A DNA stretch of 64,000 bases from Cyanobacteria bacterium P01_D01_bin.156 (lineage in GTDB: Bacteria > Cyanobacteriota > Cyanobacteriia > Phormidesmidales > Phormidesmidaceae). A program made the position numbers and the translations under genes. The stretch lies in NCBI GenBank assembly GCA_039024555.1, contig JBCCQQ010000021.1, positions 1 to 64,000 on the forward strand. Direction: 5' to 3'. Below the pieces are notes generated by a model. That model made no database searches, was not told the origin of the DNA, and saw only the letters and a program-made list of their open reading frames with translations. Below, one piece after another: positions 30,034 through 40,600 of the stretch (position 1 is its first letter; each line of letters begins with the position of its first letter).

Positions 30034-30603
30034 ATGAAACGGATTGTTTTAGCTGCAAGCGCAGCCCTCGGTGTAGCTGCTTTTGCAGCACCTGCTCAAG
30101 CAGCTATTTTCCAGTGGAATGTTGATTACACTGGTTTCTTTGATGGTGCTTCCATCAGTGGTTTTTTCACTGCTGATGAGACTGCAGCGACTGATGGCAT
30201 TGTATCTGCCGATGAGTTTGAAGCTTGGGAGTGGAACTGGAGTGGCAATAGTGAAATAGATGCATTTTCTGTTTCTTCCACTAACGGTGGTGAGGTAGCA
30301 ACTTTCCTAGACACACCCGGCTTCTTTGTTGATGGCACTCCTAATGAAGTAGAGCTTGCTGATGGTTTAGATCAGGGTTTCTATTCTGACGCTGACTTCG
30401 GTGTTGATTTGGAATTCTTGACTGTTGAAGCTTTTTCCATCGGTAGTCCTATCACAGGTACAGCAACTTCCGGTACTGCTGCACCGACTGCTACTATCGC
30501 TGTAGCTGATCCTGTACCTGTTCCTGAGCCTGCTACTATCCTAGGTCTTTTGACTATGGCTGGGGCTGCTGCTGTTGTTAAGCGTCAGAAGCAAGCTGCT
30601 TAG
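30034..30603 (+). CDS. PEP-CTERM sorting domain protein
   Basis: Signal peptide AAPAQA|A; C-terminal VPEP + TM helix + basic tail KRQK. Confidence 0.92.
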   Translation: MKRIVLAASAALGVAAFAAPAQAAIFQWNVDYTGFFDGASISGFFTADETAATDGIVSADEFEAWEWNWSGNSEIDAFSVSSTNGGEVATFLDTPGFFVDGTPNEVELADGLDQGFYSDADFGVDLEFLTVEAFSIGSPITGTATSGTAAPTATIAVADPVPVPEPATILGLLTMAGAAAVVKRQKQAA

Positions 30604-30772
30604 TTGCAAAACTAATGACATTTCAGATGTAGTTTTAGCGCTATTGCTTGCTGGGAAAAGTTGACAGCACTATAGGGATGATTACATCTTGCTGGTTAGC
30701 CTCTTTTTTGAGGCTATAATGGCATAATCTTTAAACCTCTGGATAAACATCCAGGGGTTTATTTTGTTGGAA

Positions 30773-30802
30773 GCTAATCTGTTATTAAACTCTTCTTATC
30801 GG
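30773..30802 (+). promoter_or_regulatory. degenerate Pho-box-like repeats
   Basis: GCTAATCT-gtt-ATTAAACT-ctt-CTTATCGG, 11-bp period. Confidence 0.35.
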
Positions 30803-30872
30803 AATATTTAAGGGATAAACCTAAGGTTTAGTGTCTTGGTGTGCAATCTTTTTCAACACCAGCGGATGTAAT

Positions 30873-31358
30873 ATGTTGAAGTTTTTGGCTAATCTTTTAC
30901 TAGGCAGTTTAACAGGACTGTTAGGTATGTTTGCTATCAGTGTGTCCACATTAGCTCAAGAGGCAATAGTAGAACAGCAAACTGAAACTCTATCTGTTAA
31001 TGTCACCGTTGAAGCAGATCGGATGAGGGACTATGGTCAGCTGATGGGGCAGGTGGTTGGTAGAGCAAACGATGCGATCGCAAATGCCTTTGAAACAAAT
31101 CCCGACACTAAGGCCATCAATGCCACTGTGCTCATCAGTCGTAACGGACAGGTACTTCCAATTTTAGTCGCAGAAATTTCCCGTGATGCATGGCAACAAC
31201 AGCCAGATGTACAAAGCTGGGCGCGCTACAGTACGAGTGTTCGTAGTCTGTTGGGATATGCTCCACCTGCAAGGACAGCTACTAGAACAGTCGTTGATGA
31301 GCCATCTCCTCACCAAGCATTTCTTGAGCGTGAAGCATTAATTGATCAGCTCGACTAA
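30873..31358 (+). CDS. secreted hypothetical protein (paralog of 27391-27921)
   Basis: Signal peptide (..STLA|Q); RNGQVLPIL...SRDAWQQQP...W. Confidence 0.75.
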   Translation: MLKFLANLLLGSLTGLLGMFAISVSTLAQEAIVEQQTETLSVNVTVEADRMRDYGQLMGQVVGRANDAIANAFETNPDTKAINATVLISRNGQVLPILVAEISRDAWQQQPDVQSWARYSTSVRSLLGYAPPARTATRTVVDEPSPHQAFLEREALIDQLD

Positions 31359-31749
31359 TAGAGTACTTAGGGATCTATCAAAAGATAATAAGCCTCCCAG
31401 ATTAGAACAGGAAAAGATTAAGGGGCAATGGGTAAGAGGCCATTGATGGGTATTTTATTTGCCCGCAGGTCCCTTAGTGAAAGTATATACGAGTAACATA
31501 GGCAAATGGAAATCTGTTCGATTTGTTGAGCAGACTATGTGACACATGGCGATAAGTAAACAAAAATCAGAGATTGTTATTGTCGTAAGCAATACTTAAA
31601 CGAACTATATTTCACACTTCTTTGTAAGGCTGCACACATATTGATCTGAATACTATGGCTGTAGCCTTATATTTTTTATGCCTGAAAAGATAGGCAACAC
31701 ATGAGTCTCGGGCAATCTCACATAACGACTATGGGTGCAAAAAAATAAG

Positions 31750-31779
31750 ACTAAGCTCTCTTTAATCGCACCTTAACTA
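31750..31779 (+). promoter_or_regulatory. putative Pho box
   Basis: ACTAAGCT-ctc-TTTAATCG-cac-CTTAACTA, 11-bp period, upstream of the second phoX. Confidence 0.55.
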
Positions 31780-32078
31780 CCTATCAGAAATCGATTGATA
31801 GAATCTGGGCGCATATGTTTCAGAAGTAGTAGATTTTTTGCTGGAGATAATAAGTCAAATAGGACTAGAAGATTTATAGTGCCATTTGTTTATTCTCTCT
31901 GTAGAAATCTGTCTGCATTATGTCTTGAGAACGTTTTTAGCACTGTTATCGGCCAAATAGTTCGAAGCAGATACATCAGTGTTTAAAGCCGATCGTCACA
32001 ACAACAGTCTTAATCTTTGACTATCCAACGGAGTTCCGCCTGTATTTACCGTTTTATTATTAGAGAGGAAAGAGCATA

Positions 32079-33500
32079 GTGGTTGCCCTATCTCGCCGTC
32101 GTTTTTTTAGTTTCATGGGTGCTGGTGCCGCTGGAGCATTAGCTGTTTCTCCCCTACAGGCTCTTCTGGCGAAGAAAGCCCTAGGTCAGAACCCTGCTGC
32201 AGACCCTTTTGGTCCTTTAGTGCCTAAGCTACCTGCTAACATTGATCCCCGATTTAGCCCTGTTTACAGCCTTAAGAATGCAGGTGCCATCCTAGAAGTG
32301 CCTGCTGATTTTGAGTACTGTGCATTTCACGTTAGTGGAATGAGAATGAGTGACGGCAAACCCTGCCCCAGCGACCACGATGGTATGGCTTGTTTTGCAG
32401 GTCCTCGCGGTACTCACATTTTGGTGCAAAACCATGAGTTGAGCCCTGGTGAAGATGATGGTTCTGGTTTCACAGGGGGAACTGGTCTGGCAAAAGCCTA
32501 TGACCGTTTTGACCAAAGTGTTCCTGAAGGTCTAGGTGCAGGCGGTACCTCCACTATGATCATCACTGATAGAGGGCAAGTACTACGGGACTATGTTTCT
32601 TTAGCTGGTACTTACCGTAACTGTGCAGGTGGCCCCACTCCCTGGAATAGCTGGATTTCTTGTGAGGAGAACGTTAGCACTCCTGATAACAACTCCAATT
32701 CCACTGTTAAGCATGGTTATAACTTTGAAGTCCCTGCTCGTGCAGGTCTGGTAACGCCTGTGCCCCTGATCGAAATGGGCCGCTTTAACCATGAAGCTGT
32801 GGCTATTGACCCTGCTACTGGTTATGTCTACGAGACTGAGGACCGTGGCGATAGCTGCATTTATCGTTTCAAGCCTAACACTCCTGGTGATTTGGCTAAG
32901 GGCGGCGAACTAGAGGTTCTCAAGCTTGTAGATGCTCCCCAAGATACTCGTACTGGTGTGCTGTCCTTGCTTAACCAGCCTTTGGCAGTAGAGTGGGTAA
33001 GTCTAAACGCCAACGGTGTAAACATTGACCCTGATGAAGACACCCTTCGCTTTGATTCCCAGGAACTAGGAGGCGCTATCTTTGCTCGTGGTGAAGGTGC
33101 TTGGTACGGTAACGGCAAAATCTATTGGGTTTGCACCAGCGGTGGTGATGCTGGCCAGGGCCAAGTATGGTGCTATGACGATGTTACTGAAACAGTAACT
33201 CTGTTTGTTGAGTCCACTGATGAAGTTGAACTCGACAATCCTGACAATATCACTGTTGCCCCCGCTGATGGCAGTCTATATCTGTTTGAAGATGGTGGCG
33301 GTGACATCTTTGTTGTGGGTGTAACACCCGATGGTGGCTTGTTCAAGTTTGCTAAGAACATTGCCCCTGGGTTTGAAGGTAGCGAGTTCGCTGGTGGATG
33401 CTTCTCTGCGGACGGTACCAAGATGTTCTTTAACATCCAAACACCTGGTATCACTATCATGATGTACAGAAAGGATGGTCAACCCATCACAACTGTGTAG
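32079..33500 (+). CDS. phoX: PhoX/DUF839-family alkaline phosphatase (short type), Tat-exported
   Basis: SRRRFF Tat motif, HDGM, NHE, NCAGGPTPWNSWISCEE, GRFNHEA, RGEG, DNPDN. Confidence 0.9.
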   Translation: MVALSRRRFFSFMGAGAAGALAVSPLQALLAKKALGQNPAADPFGPLVPKLPANIDPRFSPVYSLKNAGAILEVPADFEYCAFHVSGMRMSDGKPCPSDHDGMACFAGPRGTHILVQNHELSPGEDDGSGFTGGTGLAKAYDRFDQSVPEGLGAGGTSTMIITDRGQVLRDYVSLAGTYRNCAGGPTPWNSWISCEENVSTPDNNSNSTVKHGYNFEVPARAGLVTPVPLIEMGRFNHEAVAIDPATGYVYETEDRGDSCIYRFKPNTPGDLAKGGELEVLKLVDAPQDTRTGVLSLLNQPLAVEWVSLNANGVNIDPDEDTLRFDSQELGGAIFARGEGAWYGNGKIYWVCTSGGDAGQGQVWCYDDVTETVTLFVESTDEVELDNPDNITVAPADGSLYLFEDGGGDIFVVGVTPDGGLFKFAKNIAPGFEGSEFAGGCFSADGTKMFFNIQTPGITIMMYRKDGQPITTV

Positions 33501-33514
33501 TCAATGAGTGAATT

Positions 33515-33543
33515 CAAGGCAGGCCTAATAAAGGCCTGCCTTG
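33515..33543. terminator. hairpin between convergent genes
   Basis: CAAGGCAGGCCT-AATAA-AGGCCTGCCTTG. Confidence 0.7.
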
Positions 33544-33588
33544 GTGATAACTCTTAGTTGTTGACAGACTATGCTTGGCCGAAAACAG

Positions 33589-34062
33589 CTAGCTGTTTTC
33601 TAACTGTGTACCTTTTAGCAAGGTACCCTTGAGGTTAGCTCCCTCTAGCTGAACGTTCTCTAAATTGGCGCCTATTAGAGCGGCACTGTTTAGATTGGCA
33701 CCTTTCAAATTAGCACCTGCCAGGTTAGCGTTTCGCAGACTTGCACTTTGTAAGTTTGCCTCTATCAAACAAGCTCCCCTAAGGTTGCTTCCTTCTAGGT
33801 CCGCTCCTTCTAAATCCGCCCCAGATAGATCCGCATTTTCTAGATTGGCGTTGCGAATATTGGCATCCACCAGATTAGCTTTTCTCAAACAGGACTCTTG
33901 CAGATTAGTTTGTCGAAAAAGCACACCATCTAAGCTGGCAGATTCTAGGTTAATACCCGATAAATCTTTCTGCTTAAATTTTAGATCGTCTAGTTCAGCC
34001 TTTGAAAAATCGCGTTCGCCTGCGGCGTAGTTTGCCAGAACATCTTGAACCGTTAGTTTCAT
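33589..34062 (-). CDS. pentapeptide repeat protein
   Basis: YAAGERDF N terminus, A(N/D)Lxx repeats. Confidence 0.92.
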   Translation of the reverse strand: MKLTVQDVLANYAAGERDFSKAELDDLKFKQKDLSGINLESASLDGVLFRQTNLQESCLRKANLVDANIRNANLENADLSGADLEGADLEGSNLRGACLIEANLQSASLRNANLAGANLKGANLNSAALIGANLENVQLEGANLKGTLLKGTQLENS

Positions 34063-34224
34063 TGAAAATTACCTGTTACGAGTGATGGAACAGTTATCTT
34101 TGTCTCTCCCTATTGGGGCACACGATTGTGTGTCCCTTTTTCAGGTTCAAGATACATAAGAGCTTTACCCACACAGCCACAGTGGTAAACCGCTTCCTAT
34201 CTTATTCGTTAGCTGAATGAAGAT

Positions 34225-34243
34225 GGATTTAGAACAGGTTAAG
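34225..34243 (-). promoter_or_regulatory. putative Pho box upstream of the pentapeptide gene
   Basis: Minus strand reads CTTAACCT-gtt-CTAAATCC. Confidence 0.45.
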
Positions 34244-34567
34244 GAAGGATAATTGGAGACCAAAATTAACACCCAATAGTTTGGTTGTCCATAAAGTTTG
34301 CTCAATGGCAATGTCACGTTAAAGCTAATAGGACTCGACCGGGTGTCTACACAGTGGTGTCTATTTCATGGCAATGTCGTTCCATCTGAATAAAATATAG
34401 ATTTTTTATCAATGGGTTTTGTGAAATGAATCGCTGAAATGAGTCAGTGTGAGTCACCCTGTAGTTAGGGAACAACCGCTATCCTTCCCAAGCAACACCA
34501 GAAACTTGGATGGATAGTTGCCTCTCACAGATCTCATTTTCTCTTCACTTTGCTCGGAGTCTGAGCC

Positions 34568-34792
34568 ATGAAAAAGCTGCAAAATCCTGTTGATGAAGGA
34601 TGGAGCGTTCATATTTATGATCGGCAACGTCGTCTTCTCTGTGCCTTAGAACCATCTCATGGTTGGATCTTCTTGCTGGGCTGTGCGTTTGGTCTAGTGC
34701 TAGCGATCATCTGGTTTAATGTGGCGCCAAACTCAGAAACAACCGTCCCTAGGGAGCCTTTACCAAAATCTCCGATGCTTCAAGTTGATTAG
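34568..34792 (+). CDS. small hypothetical membrane protein
   Basis: 74 aa, one TM helix, GGAG upstream of the ATG. Confidence 0.6.
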   Translation: MKKLQNPVDEGWSVHIYDRQRRLLCALEPSHGWIFLLGCAFGLVLAIIWFNVAPNSETTVPREPLPKSPMLQVD

Positions 34793-35111
34793 GCAACGAT
34801 ACTATCTGGCCTTCGTCTTGTGCAGGTTTGAGTATGAACAAGCAAACTACCCAAGATAACTGGGTAGGCATAAACAACTGTCTTCGCAGCGATCTATCGC
34901 GGCTCAGTTGATGCCACCAGTCCATCAACCCAGAATCAGAATGTAGCAAGGTCAAACCAGTCGTTGGTTTGACCTTGCTACATTTTGATGCCCACAAGTA
35001 GCCACAATCAATACCTGATAACGCTTTCAACACCATTCAGCAAATTCTCTAATAGGTATTGCACAGGTACTCAAAGCCGTTGCAAATGCGAATAGCATCA
35101 GCTAGACATAT

Positions 35112-35143
35112 ATATGGACACTTTATATAAAAGTAAAACTTAT
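35112..35143. promoter_or_regulatory. possible LysR-type (NdhR/CmpR-like) boxes upstream of sbtA
   Basis: ATATGGACACTTTAT (T-N11-A) next to AAAAGTAAAACTTAT; AT-rich context makes this weak. Confidence 0.25.
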
Positions 35144-35467
35144 ATCTAAGATTTAGCATTACATTCAAAATTCGTGTGTGACATCGCAAAATCTCAAGTT
35201 TTTTAAGATAGACTTAAATACATAAGAAGTCAGTTAAAGATTGATTTCACTCTATGAGTTGCGCTACAGATTTGTGTTTTTTACGTAAGTTTGTAGAGTA
35301 ACTAATTCTTCTAACATTTCCTATCTGTCGATGGATAGAGATTGTTGAAGCACCTGCGCTACGGGAGTGCAGCCATGCACTCCTGATTTCTTTAACTTTT
35401 GATAATTCAACTAACTGCAATTACCGCTCTTCTGCATTGGGGCGGTGGAAAGAGGAGGTATTACAAC

Positions 35468-36604
35468 ATGGATTTTTTGTCCGATTTTTTAGCAAACTTC
35501 GTAGCGAAGTTACAGTCTCCAACACTTGGCTTTTTGATTGGAGGCGGTGTGGTTGCCGCCCTCGGTAGCAGGTTGGCCATTCCAGAAGCCATCTACAAGT
35601 TTGTTGTCTTCATGCTACTGATCAAAGTTGGTCTGAGTGGCGGCATTGCTATCCGTAATGCCAATCTGGCGGAGATGCTGTTGCCTGCAGTGTTTGCTGT
35701 GGCAACAGGAATGCTAATTGTCTTTATCGGGCGTTACACCTTGGCCAAGCTGCCAAACGTTAGAGTCGTAGATGCGATCGCAACCGCAGGCTTGTTCGGA
35801 GCTGTGAGTGGTTCTACCATGGCCGCTGCGCTAACCCTGATGGAAGTAGAAGGTATGCAGTACGAGCCCTGGGCCGCTGCGTTGTACCCTTTTATGGATA
35901 TTCCAGCCCTGGTAACCGCAATTGTTTTAGCTAGCATTTACACCAGTAAACAGCGTGACAAGTATCTGGCAAAAGAGGAAATACTCAGCAAGCAGTCTGT
36001 TGCTGTCGGCGGATATGCCAGCGAGCAAGGCAGTAGCACAGGCGGATATGCCAGCGGTACTAGCAGATCTTCCAGAGAGGAGCGCGTTCCCGGAGGAGAG
36101 CGGGTTAGGATTTGGCCCATCGTCAAGGAAAGTCTTCAGGGATCTGCCCTCTCCGCACTGTTGCTCGGTATTGCCTTAGGTTTATTAACCCGACCGGAAA
36201 GTGTTTATGAGAGCTTCTTTAATCCTCTCTTCCGTGGCTTGCTTTCGATATTGATGCTAGTCATGGGTATGGAAGCTACGGCAAGGATTGGTGAACTGCG
36301 TAAGGTGGCCCAGTGGTATGCCGTATACGCGTTTATTGCCCCACTGCTCCATGGATTTCTTGCCTTTGGTCTTGGCATGATTGCCCACGTTTTGACAGGC
36401 TTTAGCGCCGGTGGCGTTGTGATTATGGCCGTTATTGCAGCATCTAGCTCAGATATCTCAGGCCCACCCACGTTACGGGCTGGGATCCCTTCAGCGAATC
36501 CCTCCGCCTATATTGGTTCATCCACAGCTGTCGGCACACCAGTTGCGATCGCGATTGGCATCCCCCTATACATTGCTCTCGCCCAGGCACTGATGGGTGG
36601 CTAA
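35468..36604 (+). CDS. sbtA: sodium-dependent bicarbonate transporter SbtA
   Basis: MDFLSDF..KLQSPTLGFLIGG, GLFGAVSGST, SSSDISGPPTLRAGIPSANP; GAGGAGG RBS. Confidence 0.95.
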   Translation: MDFLSDFLANFVAKLQSPTLGFLIGGGVVAALGSRLAIPEAIYKFVVFMLLIKVGLSGGIAIRNANLAEMLLPAVFAVATGMLIVFIGRYTLAKLPNVRVVDAIATAGLFGAVSGSTMAAALTLMEVEGMQYEPWAAALYPFMDIPALVTAIVLASIYTSKQRDKYLAKEEILSKQSVAVGGYASEQGSSTGGYASGTSRSSREERVPGGERVRIWPIVKESLQGSALSALLLGIALGLLTRPESVYESFFNPLFRGLLSILMLVMGMEATARIGELRKVAQWYAVYAFIAPLLHGFLAFGLGMIAHVLTGFSAGGVVIMAVIAASSSDISGPPTLRAGIPSANPSAYIGSSTAVGTPVAIAIGIPLYIALAQALMGG

Positions 36605-36625
36605 CGGGCCAACACAACAATCTGA

Positions 36626-37015
<390 letters not shown>

Positions 37016-37024
37016 TTCCAAACC

Positions 37025-37115
37025 GCCGTTGCTGATTTATAGGTTGGACCGATCTGGTGACGCTCAACTGTGCCAGATTCTTGAAGAAAACATCATCCCG
37101 AGGAGCAGCAACGCC
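37025..37115 (+). mobile_element. 91-bp MITE (GGCGTTGCTGA family)
   Basis: GCCGTTGCTGA...GCAGCAACGCC. Confidence 0.8.
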
Positions 37116-37205
37116 CCAACCCCAGTAACTCAGCAAGTTCAAGCAGCCGGGGCATGTCCCCGGCTTTCCTACTTGGTTATTGAAATCTGGAGAGTAAAAA
37201 GAAAA

Positions 37206-37224
37206 ATTAACCAACAGTTAACCT
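37206..37224 (+). promoter_or_regulatory. putative Pho box
   Basis: ATTAACCA-aca-GTTAACCT; two further half-sites at 37507 and 37529 are 22 bp apart. Confidence 0.6.
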
Positions 37225-37669
37225 CTTCACAGTTGCTAATTTTGGTGTTTTAAGATTTGCTCTGATAAAAACATCTTTAGGGTCAGCAACAATACCTCTT
37301 CAACCAGAGGTAGCTTGTATCAGCGTTCGGTTATCACTCCGAGGTTAACAGAACAAAAAGAACAGATTACAGTATCGAGAATTTACACGTTGAGTTTTAT
37401 GTCCTGCTAACAAACAGAGGTTTACGAAATTTATTGTTCACAGTTTCCTCGTCAAACGACTTGTCTCCTTACCTAAAAAAGAATTTTAGATAGCAGCTAT
37501 TTTCTGTTTAACAGTATGAAAATGTTTTGTTAACCTGCCTCTGAAATATTGCTCAGGGGGATTTTCAAAATCCAAAAACAGATTATAGCGAAGGGGCTCT
37601 CACTTCTTTGGAGAAGTGACTGGTTTCTTCCTGCATACATAGCTCACTTAATGTTCTTCAGAGGTAAAG

Positions 37670-40600
37670 ATGGTTACCTTAAAAGGGTTTGCTTCTCTAC
37701 CAGCCGATACCTTCGCCGATGGTCCTTCGTCTGGTTCAGATAATGGTCGTATTGATGCAATTAACCGAATTCAACCAATCTCTGCCAATGGTCGCAGCGG
37801 CCCTTTTGATGGGCAACCAGTACAGGGATTTAGCGGTGTCCAATTTGCCCCCAACACCGATGATCAAACCTTCTGGTTTTTATCCGACAATGGATTTGGT
37901 GGAGAAAGCAACAGTACTGACTATCTGTTGAGAATTTACCAAGCCAAGCCTAGTTTTAATGGTCAAGGGGGCGATGGTAGTGTCGATATCCAAGGGTTTG
38001 TTCAGCTGAGCGATCCTAGCGGTTTAATCCCGTTTGACATTCAAAATGGTGATAGCGGCGAGCGGCTATTAACGGGTGCAGATTTTGATATTGAGTCATT
38101 TGTTATCGACAATAACGGTGACATTTGGGTAGGTGAAGAGTTTGGTCCCTACATTTTGCACTTCAACAGTGAAGGGGAACTGCTAGAAGCCCCCATTGCC
38201 ACCCCTAATCCGGTGGATCTAAATACCTTAAATGGTCAGGACCCTTTGGTGATTGCGCACCGGGGTGCTAGCGGTGATTTTCCTGAGCATACTCTTGAAG
38301 CGTATCGAGCTGCGATCGCAGCTGGGACAGACTTTATTGAACCCGATGTCGTCACCACCAGCGACGGTGTTCTGATTGCTCGCCACGAGCCCATGTTGGA
38401 CGATACTACCAACGTGGCCGAGGTGTTTGGTCCCGAGCGCATGAGCACCAAGAATCTGGACGGTGCTGAAGTTACTGCTTACTTTGCAGAAGACTTTACT
38501 TGGGAAGAAATCCAACAGCTGCGTGCGGTTCAGCCCCGCCCCTACCGCGATCAAAACTTCAATGAACTGTTTAAGATTCCTAGCCTAGAGCAGGTGATTG
38601 AACTGGTTCAAGAAGTGGAAGCTCAAACCGGTGTTCAGGTGGGTATCTATCCTGAGACTAAGCACCCCACCTTCTTTGATGATCAGGGTCTCTCCTTAGA
38701 AGAGCCTCTGGTTCAGACATTGCAGGACACTGGTTTCACCGACCCCAACCGGATCTTTATCCAGTCCTTTGAATTTGCGAACCTACTCGACCTCAGCAAT
38801 CAGCTGGATGCAGTTGGGCTAGGTGACATTCCTCTGGTACAGCTCTTTGGAGATACTGAAAATCAGTTTATTAACGAAGGTGGCGGCGGCTTCTCCGTTC
38901 CCTACGACTTCGTTGCCAACGTTAGCAACACTCAAACAATTGTTTCCACCGACGCCACTGACAATAACATTGTGGCCTCTGCTCCAGATGCCCCCGGTGG
39001 TGATGTGGTTGACATCTCCGTTGACTTAAACGATGGGGGTGCCCCCACCAACGGTCTGCTGCGGTTTAACAACATTGTTCTGCCTGAGGGAGCAACCCTA
39101 GAGAGTGCTTCGCTTTCGGTTTACACCAACAGCGCTTCTGACGGGACCATTTCCGCATTCCAGATGCTGCAAGCTTGGGATGACAGCAGCACCTGGAACA
39201 GCTTTGGTGGCGATGGCATCCAGGCAGATGGTGTAGAAGCGGCCACTGAAACTTCTTTTACCCTTGAGCAGCCTACCGATGAAACCCTGCTAAACATTGA
39301 CGTCACTGCTGATGTAGAAGCTTGGTTGGCCAACCCCGACTCAAACCAGGGCTGGGTATTCCTGAACGATTCTGGCGACGGTTGGGACTTTTGGTCCTCT
39401 GAATTTACCGACGATCCAGCCTTGGTGCCTCAGCTCTCCCTGACCCTTAACACCCCCGGTCAGATCAATGATGCAGAGCTAGCGGAAATCTACGGTGACC
39501 TGGTTAACATCATTGATTTCTCCAGCGCCCCCACCTACGCTGACCTGGCGAACCAGGAAGCCCTAGACTACATCACCACCTATGCCGATGGTCTAGGTCC
39601 TTGGAAGAACAACATTCTTCTACGGGAACCCATCGATACTCCAGTGGATGGCAACGGTGACGGTATTGCCGAAATTAGCACCCAGCTCACCGGTGAGATC
39701 TTCCCACTGATTGACCTGGCCCATAACGCGGACCTGCAGGTTCACCCCTACACGCTGCGGGATGAAGAGCGCTTCCTAACGCTAAATCCAGATGGCACCC
39801 CCCAGACGCCTGAGCAGGAATTTCAACAGCTGGTGGAACTTGGTGCCGATGGCTTCTTCACTGATTTCCCCCGTACGGGCGATCCGGTGGTGGATAAGCT
39901 CACCTCCGACGAAGTGCGCTCTCCCAATAACCCTGACTTTGACTTCAACACCCTCAACGGTCAGACTCCTCTGGTAATTGCCCACCGGGGTGACAGTGGT
40001 AACTTCCCTGAGCACACCCTAGAGGCCTATCGTTCTGCCATCCTTCAGGGGGCTGACTTTATTGAGCCTGACCTGGCGATTACGAGCGATGGTGTTCTGA
40101 TTGCCCGCCATGAGCCCATCTTGGATGACACGACTAACGTTGCTGAGATATTTGGCGAAGAGCGTAAGTCCACTAAGGTGCTTGATGGTCAAGAGATCAC
40201 GGCCTACTTTGCTGAGGACTTCACCCTTGAAGAAATCAAGCAGCTAAGCGCGGTTCAATCCCGCGACTTCCGCAGCGATGAGTTTGATGGTCAGTTTGAG
40301 ATTCCTACGTTCCAGGAAGTGATTGAACTGGTTCAAGAAATGGAAGCGGACTATGGTTTCGAAGTGGGTATCTACCCTGAAACCAAGCATCCTACGTTCT
40401 TTGATGAGCAAGGGCTGTCCCTGGAAGAACCGCTGGTTCAAACCTTGGTGGATACTGGATTTACGGATCGCGATCGCATCTTTATCCAGTCCTTTGAAAT
40501 CTCCAACCTGCTGGATCTGCGCAATAACATCTTGCCCGAAGCCGGTCTAGATGACCTGCAGCTGGTACAGCTCTTTGGGGATACCCAAGGCAGCTTTATC

